DNA from: Truepera sp.
Lineage (GTDB): Bacteria; Deinococcota; Deinococci; Deinococcales; Trueperaceae
DNA: 64,000 nt
Direction: 5' to 3'
Assembly (NCBI GenBank): GCA_965218435.1
Contig: CBDCKW010000009.1
Span: 1,952,001-2,016,000, forward strand
In this document: positions 9,348 through 18,872 of the stretch, piece after piece
Numbering within the stretch: the first letter of the stretch is position 1
How the letters are laid out: every line of letters begins with the position of its first letter
Translations under genes and position numbers: made by a program
The notes under the pieces: model-generated
Database searches by the model: none
Told to the model about the DNA's origin: nothing
The model's input: only the letters and a program-made list of their open reading frames with translations

Positions 9348-10535
9348 CTAAACTTTTACGGCGACAGAGACCGTTTTATGGGTACCGTAACGAACGAGCG
9401 CCTCGTGCGCGACAAACTGCAACACTGCTAAAACGACCAACCCCGGTGCAATCAGCGCCGCGCCGCCCCAATCGGCAACCCCACTCAGCACCCCCGGCAG
9501 CGCCGCCGACCCTAAAGACCCCGCCGCGACCTGAATCCCAATCGCGTGAGCACTCAGCGCGGGGCCGACGAGCGCCGGAGTCCGTGATACCGAAGTCGGA
9601 TAGACCGGCGCAAGCGTCAAACCCATCACGGCGACCCCGAGAAAACTTACGAGCGGCAGCGGGGCAAACCACAACAGCACTGCGCCGACAACAGTCCCGG
9701 CGGTACAAAAGCGCAGGAGCCTCGAGCTGCCCACGCGGTCTACCACCGCGCCCATCAACAACCTGCCGACGGTGATACACGCCCAGTAAAGCGCCGCCGC
9801 GTTGCCCGCGATTTCAGCAGGCACGCCCCGGCCCAAATTGAGAAGACTGCTGCTGAGCTGACCGGCACTGACTGAGGTACCGGTGTGCGTAAAAAAGAGC
9901 GCCATCCCCAGCCAGGTGACGCCGAGAGTGAGGGTTACACGCAGGCTAGCTTTGGCTGTTTCTGCCACGCCCGCCTCGGCTTCGGTAGCCTTGAAACGCA
10001 GCGGCGGCCACAGCTGCCGGTAGCGGAGCATCAGGACGATAAGCACAAAGTAAACCCCGGCAATCCCGGCGTAGACCCAGCGCCACGGTAAACCCAGTGA
10101 AAATACCCAGAGCGTAAACAAAAAGGGGCCGAGGCTCGAGCCCAGCCCGTAAAAGGCGTGCAGCCAGTTCATCCGGCTGGCAGGATAGTGCGCGGCGACA
10201 AAGGTATTGAGGCCAGCGTTGAGCATCCCGACCCCAACTCCTAAAATGAGCGTCGAAACGACAACGAGCGGCCACGACGACCCCAGATAACCGAGCAGGC
10301 CGACTAGAGCCAACACGCTGCCGAGTGTGCAGTACGACGAGGTTCGCAGACGGGCAAGGATGGGGCCGCTTGAGAGACTTGAAACCAACCCCCCCAGCAT
10401 CAGCGCCGCAATCAGCAGCCCGACCGCGCCCAGAGATTGTCCGAACACCGGACGCAGCACCAGCCACGCCGCGCCGAGCACGTTGTTTGACAGTCCTACT
10501 GCGACAAACCCCAGATACGCCGTCCAGAGCGGCAC
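9348..10535 (-). CDS. MFS transporter
   Basis: About 12 hydrophobic segments; MNWLHAFYGLG; GRLLMGAVVDRVG motif. Confidence 0.88.
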   Translation of the reverse strand: MPLWTAYLGFVAVGLSNNVLGAAWLVLRPVFGQSLGAVGLLIAALMLGGLVSSLSSGPILARLRTSSYCTLGSVLALVGLLGYLGSSWPLVVVSTLILGVGVGMLNAGLNTFVAAHYPASRMNWLHAFYGLGSSLGPFLFTLWVFSLGLPWRWVYAGIAGVYFVLIVLMLRYRQLWPPLRFKATEAEAGVAETAKASLRVTLTLGVTWLGMALFFTHTGTSVSAGQLSSSLLNLGRGVPAEIAGNAAALYWACITVGRLLMGAVVDRVGSSRLLRFCTAGTVVGAVLLWFAPLPLVSFLGVAVMGLTLAPVYPTSVSRTPALVGPALSAHAIGIQVAAGSLGSAALPGVLSGVADWGGAALIAPGLVVLAVLQFVAHEALVRYGTHKTVSVAVKV

Positions 10536-10564
10536 AGAACCACCTGAATTGAGCCTGGAAGCTG

Positions 10565-10768
10565 CTATTTGCTACCGCCCCCCCACCCTCGAGCGAGAAA
10601 TGCTAAAATTACCAGCACCAACCCGATGATAAGCGAGAGCACCGAGACGACGAACTCGGCGCTGTCTCGGGGAACCCATACGAGCAGCAGGAGCGACAAC
10701 ACGACGATAAACATCCCGGCCCTGGCAAACAGCTTGAGGCCGTCACCGGACATATGGGGCACGTTCAA
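10565..10768 (-). CDS. Small two-TM membrane protein
   Basis: Two hydrophobic helices; co-oriented just upstream of the MFS gene; the start is probably MSGDG. Confidence 0.6.
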   Translation of the reverse strand: MNVPHMSGDGLKLFARAGMFIVVLSLLLLVWVPRDSAEFVVSVLSLIIGLVLVILAFLARGWGGGSK

Positions 10769-10841
10769 AATTAGGGTGTGTTGTCAGCTGGTGTTTTGGA
10801 CACACTTTTAAGTTCATTGTAGCTATCAATGGTTCGCGGCT

Positions 10842-10887
10842 TTCTGACTGCTGAGTGACTGCTGAGTTCTGACTACTGGGTGCTGAC
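10842..10887. repeat. Short degenerate tandem repeat (TGACTGCTGAG-like)
   Basis: tgactgctgag twice, then ttc tgactactggg tgctgac. Confidence 0.5.
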
Positions 10888-10933
10888 GTCTAGCACAGCG
10901 GAAACGGTACTGGAAAGGTAGAATCAAGAGAAC

Positions 10934-11983
10934 CTAATCGCTATAGGGCTCGAGCCTGCCGCCCGCCGTCAGCGGGATACACGCGACCTGCGCCGTACTG
11001 CCTGAAACGTCACCTAGTTCCGGCTCCTCGGCGTCACAACGCCCCGGTTCAAAAAAAGGACAACGCGGATGAAAGGTGCAGCCTGCGGGCAGCGCCGTCA
11101 AACTCGGCACATCTTCACTGCGCAGGTTTAAGATTTCTTTGTGCCGCGTCCGGTCCGGGTCGGGTTCAGGGATGGCCGCGAGGAGCGTTTTGGTGTACGG
11201 GTGCTGCGGTCGTTCGGTGACCTCACGCGTCGGCCCGACTTCGACCACGCGGCCCAGATACATCACGGCAATCCGCCCTTCCCAGGCAAAATACTTCGCC
11301 AGCGCGAGGTCGTGGGTGATAAAAACGATCGTCAGAGAGAGCGTTTCACGCATCTTCATCAGCGTATTTAAGATCGAGATACGGATCGAGACGTCTACCA
11401 TACTGACCGCTTCGTCGGCGACGATGACTTTGGGTTCGGTCGTGAGCGCCCGTGCAATTGAAACCCTTTGGCGTTGCCCGCCCGAAAGTTGATGCGGATA
11501 TTTACCGATGATGTCGGCGGTCGGCGTCAGGCCGACCAACTCTAACAGTTCTTCAGCTCGCACGCGGGCCGCTTTACGGTTTTTGGCGAAGCCGTGCCGC
11601 AAGAGCGGATAACTCATGATGTTAGAGACGCTCTGCGTCGGGTTTAGCGACGCGTAGGGGTCTTGGTGGATAATCTGTACGGCGCGGCGGTAACGGGTAT
11701 ACGCTTCGCCGTGCAGCGTGCTCACGTCTTGCCCTTCAAAAAGAACCTGTCCGGCGGTCGGAGCCAGGAGCCCCGACAAGATTTTGCCGGTCGTCGTTTT
11801 GCCGCAGCCCGATTCACCGACCAAACAGAGGAACTCGAGCCCGTTGACCCTCAAATCCACGTCTCTAAGAACCGGCACGACGGTGCGCTCTTTGCGAAAG
11901 TCACGCCCGACCCTTCTAAACTCGAGGAGCGGCGCAGCTCCCGGTGCGGTTTGGCTTGTTATCTGCTCAGCTACCAGCGTCAT
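10934..11983 (-). CDS. Opp/Dpp ABC transporter ATP-binding protein (OppF-like)
   Basis: GESGCGKTT, LSGGQRQR, GCTFHPRCP; ATGA overlap with the upstream gene. Confidence 0.93.
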   Translation of the reverse strand: MTLVAEQITSQTAPGAAPLLEFRRVGRDFRKERTVVPVLRDVDLRVNGLEFLCLVGESGCGKTTTGKILSGLLAPTAGQVLFEGQDVSTLHGEAYTRYRRAVQIIHQDPYASLNPTQSVSNIMSYPLLRHGFAKNRKAARVRAEELLELVGLTPTADIIGKYPHQLSGGQRQRVSIARALTTEPKVIVADEAVSMVDVSIRISILNTLMKMRETLSLTIVFITHDLALAKYFAWEGRIAVMYLGRVVEVGPTREVTERPQHPYTKTLLAAIPEPDPDRTRHKEILNLRSEDVPSLTALPAGCTFHPRCPFFEPGRCDAEEPELGDVSGSTAQVACIPLTAGGRLEPYSD

Positions 11984-13041
11984 TGCTTCACAACTGCCGT
12001 ATCTTTTGGTGTTTTGTCCCACAACCCTTGACGCGCCTCGATAACTTTATCCGTATGCCAGCACGCCGCTGCGTGCGCCTTGCCAAAGTCCACGAGCGGT
12101 GGGTCTTCGCTTTTGCACTTTTCACTGGCGAAGGGGCAGCGCGGGTGAAACTTGCATCCCGGCGGCGGATCGATCAGGTCGGGCGGGGTCCCGGCGATGC
12201 TGACGAGCTCGAGCGACCCGCTCAGGCGCGGCACGGAGCGCAGGAGCCCGAGCGTGTAGGGGTGGAGCGGTTCGTAAAAGATATCGTCCACTGCGCCCAT
12301 TTCGACGATTTCGCCCGCGTACATCGTCGCTACGCGGTCGGCCATCTCCGCCGCGAGCGCCAGGTCGTGACTGATAAAAATGATCGAGAATCCTAGACGT
12401 TCTTGCATTTCGGAGAGTACATCAATAATCGCGCGTTGCGTCAAGATGTCTAACGCCGTCGTCGGCTCGTCTAAAATCACGACCTGCGGGTCCAAGAGCA
12501 CACCCAAGGCTAAGAGTGCCCGCTGTTTCATCCCGCCGGAGAGCTCATGCGGGTAGCTGTTCCAAACGCGTTCGGGGTCCAAACGGACGAGCTTAAAAAG
12601 TTCCAACGTCCGCTCTTTAACTTTCGCCGCGCTGCGTTCGCCGTGCGCCCTAGCCGTATCCAAAAACTGCTCGTAAATCCGGAGCACCGGATTAAAGGCA
12701 TTTTGCGCACCCTGAAAGACCATCGCGCACTCGTTCCAGCGAAACCGCCGCAGCTCGCGTTCGCTCATCGCCAAAACGTCTTGGGTACGGCCGCTTTTAA
12801 CGTAATGGACGCTTCCTTGGGTGACTTTAGCTGCGCGCACGAGCATCCGGATCAGCGCCAGCGACAAGGTAGTTTTGCCGCTCCCCGATTCACCGATAAG
12901 TGCCAGCGCCTCGCCTCGGTGCAGCGTAAACGTCACGTCGTTCACCGCCCGAACCGCGCCGCGTGACGCGGCGTAAGCGACCGAGAGGTTGGCGACCTCG
13001 AGCACCTTCTCCGCCGTCTTTAAAGTAGTCTGGCTCGCCAT
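11980..13041 (-). CDS. Opp/Dpp ABC transporter ATP-binding protein (OppD-like)
   Basis: GESGSGKTT, LSGGMKQR, DEPTTALD; start MASQT overlaps the oppC stop. Confidence 0.93.
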   Translation of the reverse strand: MASQTTLKTAEKVLEVANLSVAYAASRGAVRAVNDVTFTLHRGEALALIGESGSGKTTLSLALIRMLVRAAKVTQGSVHYVKSGRTQDVLAMSERELRRFRWNECAMVFQGAQNAFNPVLRIYEQFLDTARAHGERSAAKVKERTLELFKLVRLDPERVWNSYPHELSGGMKQRALLALGVLLDPQVVILDEPTTALDILTQRAIIDVLSEMQERLGFSIIFISHDLALAAEMADRVATMYAGEIVEMGAVDDIFYEPLHPYTLGLLRSVPRLSGSLELVSIAGTPPDLIDPPPGCKFHPRCPFASEKCKSEDPPLVDFGKAHAAACWHTDKVIEARQGLWDKTPKDTAVVKQ

Positions 13042-14207
13042 CAAGCCGTCCTCAACCGGGGATCGAAGACTTCTTCCAAAGCTCGAGCAAACATCACCAT
13101 GCTCACCTGAAAAAGCGCAATCGCTATCACGGGCGCGAGTACCATCGCCGCGCTGTCGGGGCTGAATAACGCGCCCCGCGTCCGCCCGAAATAGAGCATC
13201 ACGCCCCATGAATAGTCGTTGATCGGGGCCATTCCCAGAAAGATCAGGCCGATCTGATCATACATCGCAACAGTCACCGCTAAAATCAGATTGATCAGCA
13301 CAAAGCTCATCATATTCGGCAGGATTTCACGGACGATGATGTGGCGGCGACCCAGGTCAAGCGCCCGCGCCGCCTCGACATAGTCGCGTTCACGCAAACT
13401 AAGCACCTGCGCCCGTATCGCCCGCATCAAGGCGGGCCAGACCAAAAGACCGATCAGGGTCGCTAACAGCACGATGTTATTCAAGGTAAAGAGCGCGGCC
13501 AACACGATAAGAAGCGGAAACTTGGGGAGCACCAGGATAAAGTTGGCGAGCGCCGTCAGCACCTTGTCTACCGGACCGCCGACGAGCGCGGCGAGCGATC
13601 CCAGCAAAACCGCAATCGTCGTTGAAATGAGACCCGCTAAAAGTGCGGTGACGATGAGCGTCCGGCCCCCATTGACGATGTGGCTGAAGATGTCGCGCCC
13701 CTGCGTATCGGTGCCGAGCAGGTGCCGGGGGCCGAGCGCCGCGTTCGAGACCGCTAGGTTGGGAAAATCGGTACCGGGGCCGATAGGGTAGGTTTTGAGC
13801 GATTCGGAAAAGAGCACGAGTGCGCCCAGCTTATTGTCCACCAGGTCTTGCAAACCATCCTCGACACCCGAACCGCGGCGGTAGTCTTCGGTACCTTCAA
13901 AGGTATCTTCCAGAGGTTTGACCAAATCTTCGCCCGCTGAACGCTTGACGTAGCCGACAATTTGACCGTTGAGTTTATCCAATGAGGTATAGACATTGGC
14001 GTCAGCAGCGCGGGTGACGAGTTCTAACCGTGACCCCGGCGGCGCGTTGACCTGATCGGTTTTGACCTCGCTGTCAAACGGCACGAAGAGCGGGCCGACA
14101 AAAACCAGCAGCGCGTAAAAGACCAGGCCGATAAACCCGATCAGTCCGGCTCTCGTCCGGCCTAACGCCCGAAAAAACCGTGCTATACCACCCATTAGCC
14201 CGCCCAT
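13041..14207 (-). CDS. Opp/Dpp ABC permease (OppC-like) with ~100-aa extracytoplasmic insertion
   Basis: HLLGTDTQGRD, RERDYVEAARAL EAA loop, DPRLR. Confidence 0.9.
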   Translation of the reverse strand: MGGLMGGIARFFRALGRTRAGLIGFIGLVFYALLVFVGPLFVPFDSEVKTDQVNAPPGSRLELVTRAADANVYTSLDKLNGQIVGYVKRSAGEDLVKPLEDTFEGTEDYRRGSGVEDGLQDLVDNKLGALVLFSESLKTYPIGPGTDFPNLAVSNAALGPRHLLGTDTQGRDIFSHIVNGGRTLIVTALLAGLISTTIAVLLGSLAALVGGPVDKVLTALANFILVLPKFPLLIVLAALFTLNNIVLLATLIGLLVWPALMRAIRAQVLSLRERDYVEAARALDLGRRHIIVREILPNMMSFVLINLILAVTVAMYDQIGLIFLGMAPINDYSWGVMLYFGRTRGALFSPDSAAMVLAPVIAIALFQVSMVMFARALEEVFDPRLRTA

Positions 14208-15280
14208 CAGCGGTCTCCTTCAACCCTGACTCTGGGGTCAAGGCGGCTATAGAGCAGATCAGCCAAGATGTTGGCCGCCACCACCGAAATGGCGATTACC
14301 AAAAACACCCCCTGCATCGAGGTGTAGTCGCGCTGTGAGATAGAGAAAAATAAAAAGCTTCCGATACCCTTATAGACAAACAGTTCTTCGATAATGACGC
14401 CCGCGCCGAAGACCAAGCCGATATTGACCGCGAGCAGCGTAAAGAGCGGGAGCGCCGCGTTACGCCCGACGTAGGTTCCGGCGATACGCCCCGGCGACAA
14501 GCCTCTGGCACGCGCCACATTCACATAATCTTCGCCTAGGACACTGATGGTGCTGCTCCGCATATTGAGCGTCCAGCTGCCGAGTGTGCCGATGATATAA
14601 ACCAAAATCGGTAAAAAAGCGTGGCTGAGTACGCTCCAGATAAACGCCGGGGTCAAACCAGGGGTCAAACTGGGGTCATAGGTTCCGCGCAACGCCCCGA
14701 TATTAAACCACTGAAGTTGCACCCCAAAAATCACTAAGATAAGCAGGCCCCAGATATAATCCGGGACTGCGCTCAAGATCGCTGCAAAAAACGAAATAAA
14801 GGTGTCGAGTACCGAGTTGCGGTAGTAGGCGATCAACATCCCGAACAGCATCCCGATCACAAAGCTGAGCAGCAGCCCAAGCCCGACACAAAAGAGTGTC
14901 CACGGCAGATAACGCGCAATTTGGTCAATCACCTGCGTGCCGGTCGAGGTGATGGACTGCCCCAAATCGCCGCGCACGAGGTCACCCAAGTAACCCAGAT
15001 ATTGCTGAAACACGCTCGCGGTCGGGTCAAACGAAAATTGCGACGCGGCTTGCTGCATCGCTTCACTATAGGTCAGGTTTGACTGGTTCATCAAAAAGCC
15101 CACGTACACGTCAACGGGGTTACCGGGCATCAGCCGGATCAGAAAAAAAGTAAAGGTCACCACCGCCCAGATGGTCAAGAGCGCCTGTAAGAGGGTGCGG
15201 ACGGCGTAGCTCGAGACCACCCGCTGCAGCCAGTTACTCTGCAGCGGCGGGGGACCAGACAACGACTTAGTGGTTTGCAT
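14207..15280 (-). CDS. Opp/Dpp ABC permease (OppB-like)
   Basis: RLMPGNP, GDLGQSI, EDYVNVARARGL, LDPRVR. Confidence 0.93.
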   Translation of the reverse strand: MQTTKSLSGPPPLQSNWLQRVVSSYAVRTLLQALLTIWAVVTFTFFLIRLMPGNPVDVYVGFLMNQSNLTYSEAMQQAASQFSFDPTASVFQQYLGYLGDLVRGDLGQSITSTGTQVIDQIARYLPWTLFCVGLGLLLSFVIGMLFGMLIAYYRNSVLDTFISFFAAILSAVPDYIWGLLILVIFGVQLQWFNIGALRGTYDPSLTPGLTPAFIWSVLSHAFLPILVYIIGTLGSWTLNMRSSTISVLGEDYVNVARARGLSPGRIAGTYVGRNAALPLFTLLAVNIGLVFGAGVIIEELFVYKGIGSFLFFSISQRDYTSMQGVFLVIAISVVAANILADLLYSRLDPRVRVEGDR

Positions 15281-15414
15281 ACTCTGCAGTAACCAAATAT
15301 GAACCGAGCATCGTCACGTAAGTTGACCTCTCACAAAAAAAGTGTTTATCTCCGCTGGGCCTATAGTCTTGAATACGCCTCCGCATAGGTCAATGATGGA
15401 TCAATAATAAAGGG

Positions 15415-15442
15415 TAAGGGGCACTTAACGCCGTGCCCCTTA
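15415..15442. terminator. Stem-loop downstream of the SBP gene
   Basis: TAAGGGGCAC-N8-GTGCCCCTTA. Confidence 0.6.
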
Positions 15443-15450
15443 AAAAGTTG

Positions 15451-17190
15451 TTACTGTGCTGCGGGACCGATGCCGCCGGTGAGAAGCAGATAGGTCATAA
15501 ACGGATCGGGTACTGAGGTACCGTTTTGATAGATAGGGTCGCCGTCGGGCGGCGCGTCTACAAACTTACGGTTTAAGGGGTTGTTGCCGTAACGCTCCCA
15601 GAGCGGAATTGCAGGCAAGAGTTCGTTATACGACTGCGCCAGCTGACCAGCCTGTTTACGCTGCTTGGCCTTATCGAGCCCACGCGACGACGCCAGAGTT
15701 AGGTCAAGCAGATTGGCCTTACCGCCTGAATAGGTTACGTCGAGTTTGAAGTTCATGCCGCCACCGGTACTCTCACCCGCTAACGTCCCCTGACCGTTGT
15801 ACCGCTGATACGGCTCTAAGTAGCTCACATAGGGGAGCGGGCTCGCCGCGCCCCAGTTACGAATCGCCATTTGGAAGTTACTGTCGTACACGTCTTGCAA
15901 CTGTTGCTGCGACTGCTCACCGCGCGCGGTAATCTCAAAACCGAAATCATTGAGCGCCTGCGTGACGTTTTCAGCGGCGGCCGCCCAGTCCGAATAATCC
16001 GACGGAAAGATCAGCGTAAACGCCATCCGTTTGCCGGTATCGTCTATCCACACGCCGTCGTCACCTTTGGTGAAGCCGATGTCAGTCAGCATCTGCGCGG
16101 CTGTGTCAGGATCGTAGTCGTACTGATCAAGTCCATCTAAAATTGACTTGTCTACGGTATTTTCAGCGATCAGGTCGCTCATCCCGGCCATGTACTCGAC
16201 CGCCACACCCGAATCACCTAACGAGACAAAGCCGTTTTCGTCACGGTCAATGGCGTGGGCGAGGGCGCGGCGCACTTCGGGACGGTCAAGCGGGGTCACA
16301 GACTGATTAAAGTAGAGCGCCGGACCCGAGTAGAGTGGGCCGCGGATAATGTCGATCCCCTGATCTACGAACGCGGCTTCAGTTGCGGGCGGAAAACCGT
16401 AGGTGCCGTACCACAGCTGACCGGCAGTGACGAGCGGGGTGACGGTTTCAGTTTCACCGTTCCACAAGACGACGTTATCGAACTTCACCACGTCGGCGTT
16501 AAAGCCGCCGGGATTTTTGGTCAGTAGCGCACGCGCGTCGCTGATGTTGGCTTTAGTCAGATTGTAAGGGCCGGAGGTCACGTACTTAGCCGGACGAAAC
16601 TCGGTCAGCTCGGTTAACAGGTCGGAAAACGCTTTGTCGTCCGAGGTCACACCTTCGCTGATCAGCTTACCGGCGCGGTCACCTATGTCACCGTACACGC
16701 TATTCGCGCGGATCGCCTCGACCAAAATCTGCCGCTCGGCGGCGAGCGACGGCTCGTCAAAAACAAATTTGACCGTCTTGTCGTCTACCGCTTCGACACT
16801 TTTAAGTCCGTCCCAAACGGGCGAATTGAGCAGATAGTTGATGTTAAAGGTCGTCACGACGTCAGCTGAACTAAACGGGGTGCCGTCGCTCCAGGTGATG
16901 CCACCCTTTAACTTGACCACATAGTCATTGCCGTCAAACCCGAACGAATCGGCGAGCATCCCTTCGTAGCTGCCGTCGGCCCATTTGTAGATCGCCAGGG
17001 GCGGCTCGAGCAAATCCGAATAAAAACCGTAGAAGTTGATTGCGTTGGTTGCAAAGGTGTTGAAGTGCCCGTCCGGGGGTACCGGGTACGGATAGCCGCC
17101 GTAAAACGTCGGCCCTTTTTGCGCCGCCGCTGTTCCCAACGTGAGAACTAGAGCAGCACCTAACGTCAGCTGTTTAACCCTGCGCCACAT
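15451..17190 (-). CDS. ABC substrate-binding protein, family 5 (peptide/oligosaccharide)
   Basis: Signal peptide; WSDGTPFSSADVVTTF; VRRALAHAIDRD; AGGAGG RBS. Confidence 0.9.
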   Translation of the reverse strand: MWRRVKQLTLGAALVLTLGTAAAQKGPTFYGGYPYPVPPDGHFNTFATNAINFYGFYSDLLEPPLAIYKWADGSYEGMLADSFGFDGNDYVVKLKGGITWSDGTPFSSADVVTTFNINYLLNSPVWDGLKSVEAVDDKTVKFVFDEPSLAAERQILVEAIRANSVYGDIGDRAGKLISEGVTSDDKAFSDLLTELTEFRPAKYVTSGPYNLTKANISDARALLTKNPGGFNADVVKFDNVVLWNGETETVTPLVTAGQLWYGTYGFPPATEAAFVDQGIDIIRGPLYSGPALYFNQSVTPLDRPEVRRALAHAIDRDENGFVSLGDSGVAVEYMAGMSDLIAENTVDKSILDGLDQYDYDPDTAAQMLTDIGFTKGDDGVWIDDTGKRMAFTLIFPSDYSDWAAAAENVTQALNDFGFEITARGEQSQQQLQDVYDSNFQMAIRNWGAASPLPYVSYLEPYQRYNGQGTLAGESTGGGMNFKLDVTYSGGKANLLDLTLASSRGLDKAKQRKQAGQLAQSYNELLPAIPLWERYGNNPLNRKFVDAPPDGDPIYQNGTSVPDPFMTYLLLTGGIGPAAQ

Positions 17191-17423
17191 AGCTAACCTC
17201 CTTATAAATGTCTTACTCTAAGGTCTTGCACTTTGAAGTGTACCACTACTTTACCAATCGTGTCATGAAAACCCATTGATGCTTTGATCAAATTTGCGTT
17301 GACACAGTACCGAAAAAACTTGACTAAGTAGAAAAGTGAACGGGGTTTGTAAGCTGTGTATCAAAAAGACGTAACACCCAGCACTGTTTAGCAAATACTG
17401 TGAGCCACGCACAAATAGCGGTT

Positions 17424-18872
17424 TTAGTGTTTGTAACGTGCAGCTTGGTAGGGTTGAGGTGTCCAGATAAGGTGAGGCTCGAGCGGAAATCTCGGTCCTT
17501 GCCGCTGGTAATGCAGACGGCTCAGGTCTTGCGAAACCGTTCCAGGCGTCAGCGCCAGGAGCGTAGAGGCCGCCGCGCGGGTCAGCTCGGCGGTCAAATA
17601 GCCCGATTTGACGACGAGCAGCCGCACGTCTGAGAGCTTGACGCCTAAGCTTTCAATATCTGCCGGGTAATGGTACGGGCGGCGGGCCGCGCTCAAAATC
17701 ACCGTGACTTTCCCAACTCTGATGACCGCTTGGCGTTCACGTTCGGTTTCGGTAGGGTGCAAGTAAACGACGTGAGCATGGACGGGTAGAGGCTGACTCG
17801 TTTCAGGGTCGAGCGTTGCGCCAAGGGTCAGCTCGCGGCTCTTCCCTACTCCGGCTGCGTAACAGGCGTTCGTAGCGGGCGCGTCAGCAAGACCGGCGAC
17901 GACGGCACCTGCTAAGTCACGCTTTAGTAGTTCTGCTAAAACAAACGTCGTATCTCCCACGCCGCCACCGGTTGGATTGTCACCGGAGTCGCTTAAGATA
18001 ACCGGATAGTTCTCTAACGCGGTGAACTGCTCTAAGCACCAAGTCAAACTCCCAGCCGGAACACCGAAGTTGAACTCGGCTCGAGCGTTCCAGTAGCGTT
18101 CGGCCAGCCGGACGGCTTCACGCTTTAACACGTCCTCATCTGTTCCGGTCATCACCACGCTCGCCCCCGCCCTCGGTTCGTCCGCCCAAACATAGCCCAC
18201 CAGCAGCGAAGCATCTAAAACACCGTCTAGCGCATCAATGTGGGGCAAGCTTTCGTAGAGGCTCCGGGCCGGTTCATCGTCGGTACTGGTCATTTCACCG
18301 GGCAGCACGACCGGCACCGGCACCCAGACGAGTTGCGGCCGGTAGCCGCCTTTAAGCGCGTTTAGCAGCAGCGTACAAGCCCGCTGCTTGGTTTCGGTCA
18401 CGTCAATATGCGGTGCGGTGCGAAACGCACTCAACCCGTCTAGCGCGTCAATAATGCGTTCTGTGAGGTTGCCGTGCAGGTCGTAACTCGCCACCACGAG
18501 ACAGTCCGGCCCGACGACCGCCCGCGCCGCCGCAAGCCAGTCACCTTCGGCGTCGTCCATGCCGGAGACGTTCATCGCGCCGTGCATGTCTAAGAAAAGG
18601 CCGTCTACCGGCCCGTAGTCGGTGAGACGAAATAGAAACTCGTTTTTGAAGGTCTGGTAGGTCTGGGGTGCCACCGGCCCGCCCGGAAGCGCCCGCGCGT
18701 GCAGCGTCGGCAAAAATTCGGCGTCGTCCGAGTAAGCCTCTAAAAAACGGTAGCGGTCACTCTCCCGTAAAGCGTCGCCACGCAGCACGCTGAAATCTTC
18801 AGTCTCGGTCAGCACCGGATTAAAGGTGCTCGATTCGGTGTGAATACCGCCAAAGGCAATACGATAACTCAT
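17424..18872 (-). CDS. M81/MlrC family metallopeptidase
   Basis: IHTESSTF, LDMHGAM, YDLHGN, RTAPHID, SDSGDNPTGG, VVKSGY. Confidence 0.9.
   Translation of the reverse strand: MSYRIAFGGIHTESSTFNPVLTETEDFSVLRGDALRESDRYRFLEAYSDDAEFLPTLHARALPGGPVAPQTYQTFKNEFLFRLTDYGPVDGLFLDMHGAMNVSGMDDAEGDWLAAARAVVGPDCLVVASYDLHGNLTERIIDALDGLSAFRTAPHIDVTETKQRACTLLLNALKGGYRPQLVWVPVPVVLPGEMTSTDDEPARSLYESLPHIDALDGVLDASLLVGYVWADEPRAGASVVMTGTDEDVLKREAVRLAERYWNARAEFNFGVPAGSLTWCLEQFTALENYPVILSDSGDNPTGGGVGDTTFVLAELLKRDLAGAVVAGLADAPATNACYAAGVGKSRELTLGATLDPETSQPLPVHAHVVYLHPTETERERQAVIRVGKVTVILSAARRPYHYPADIESLGVKLSDVRLLVVKSGYLTAELTRAAASTLLALTPGTVSQDLSRLHYQRQGPRFPLEPHLIWTPQPYQAARYKH

Noticed and set aside
10772..10806. Fifth copy of the MITE-like element (TAGGGTGTGTTGTC)
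   Set aside because: Only the end motif matches; the internal cores are absent.
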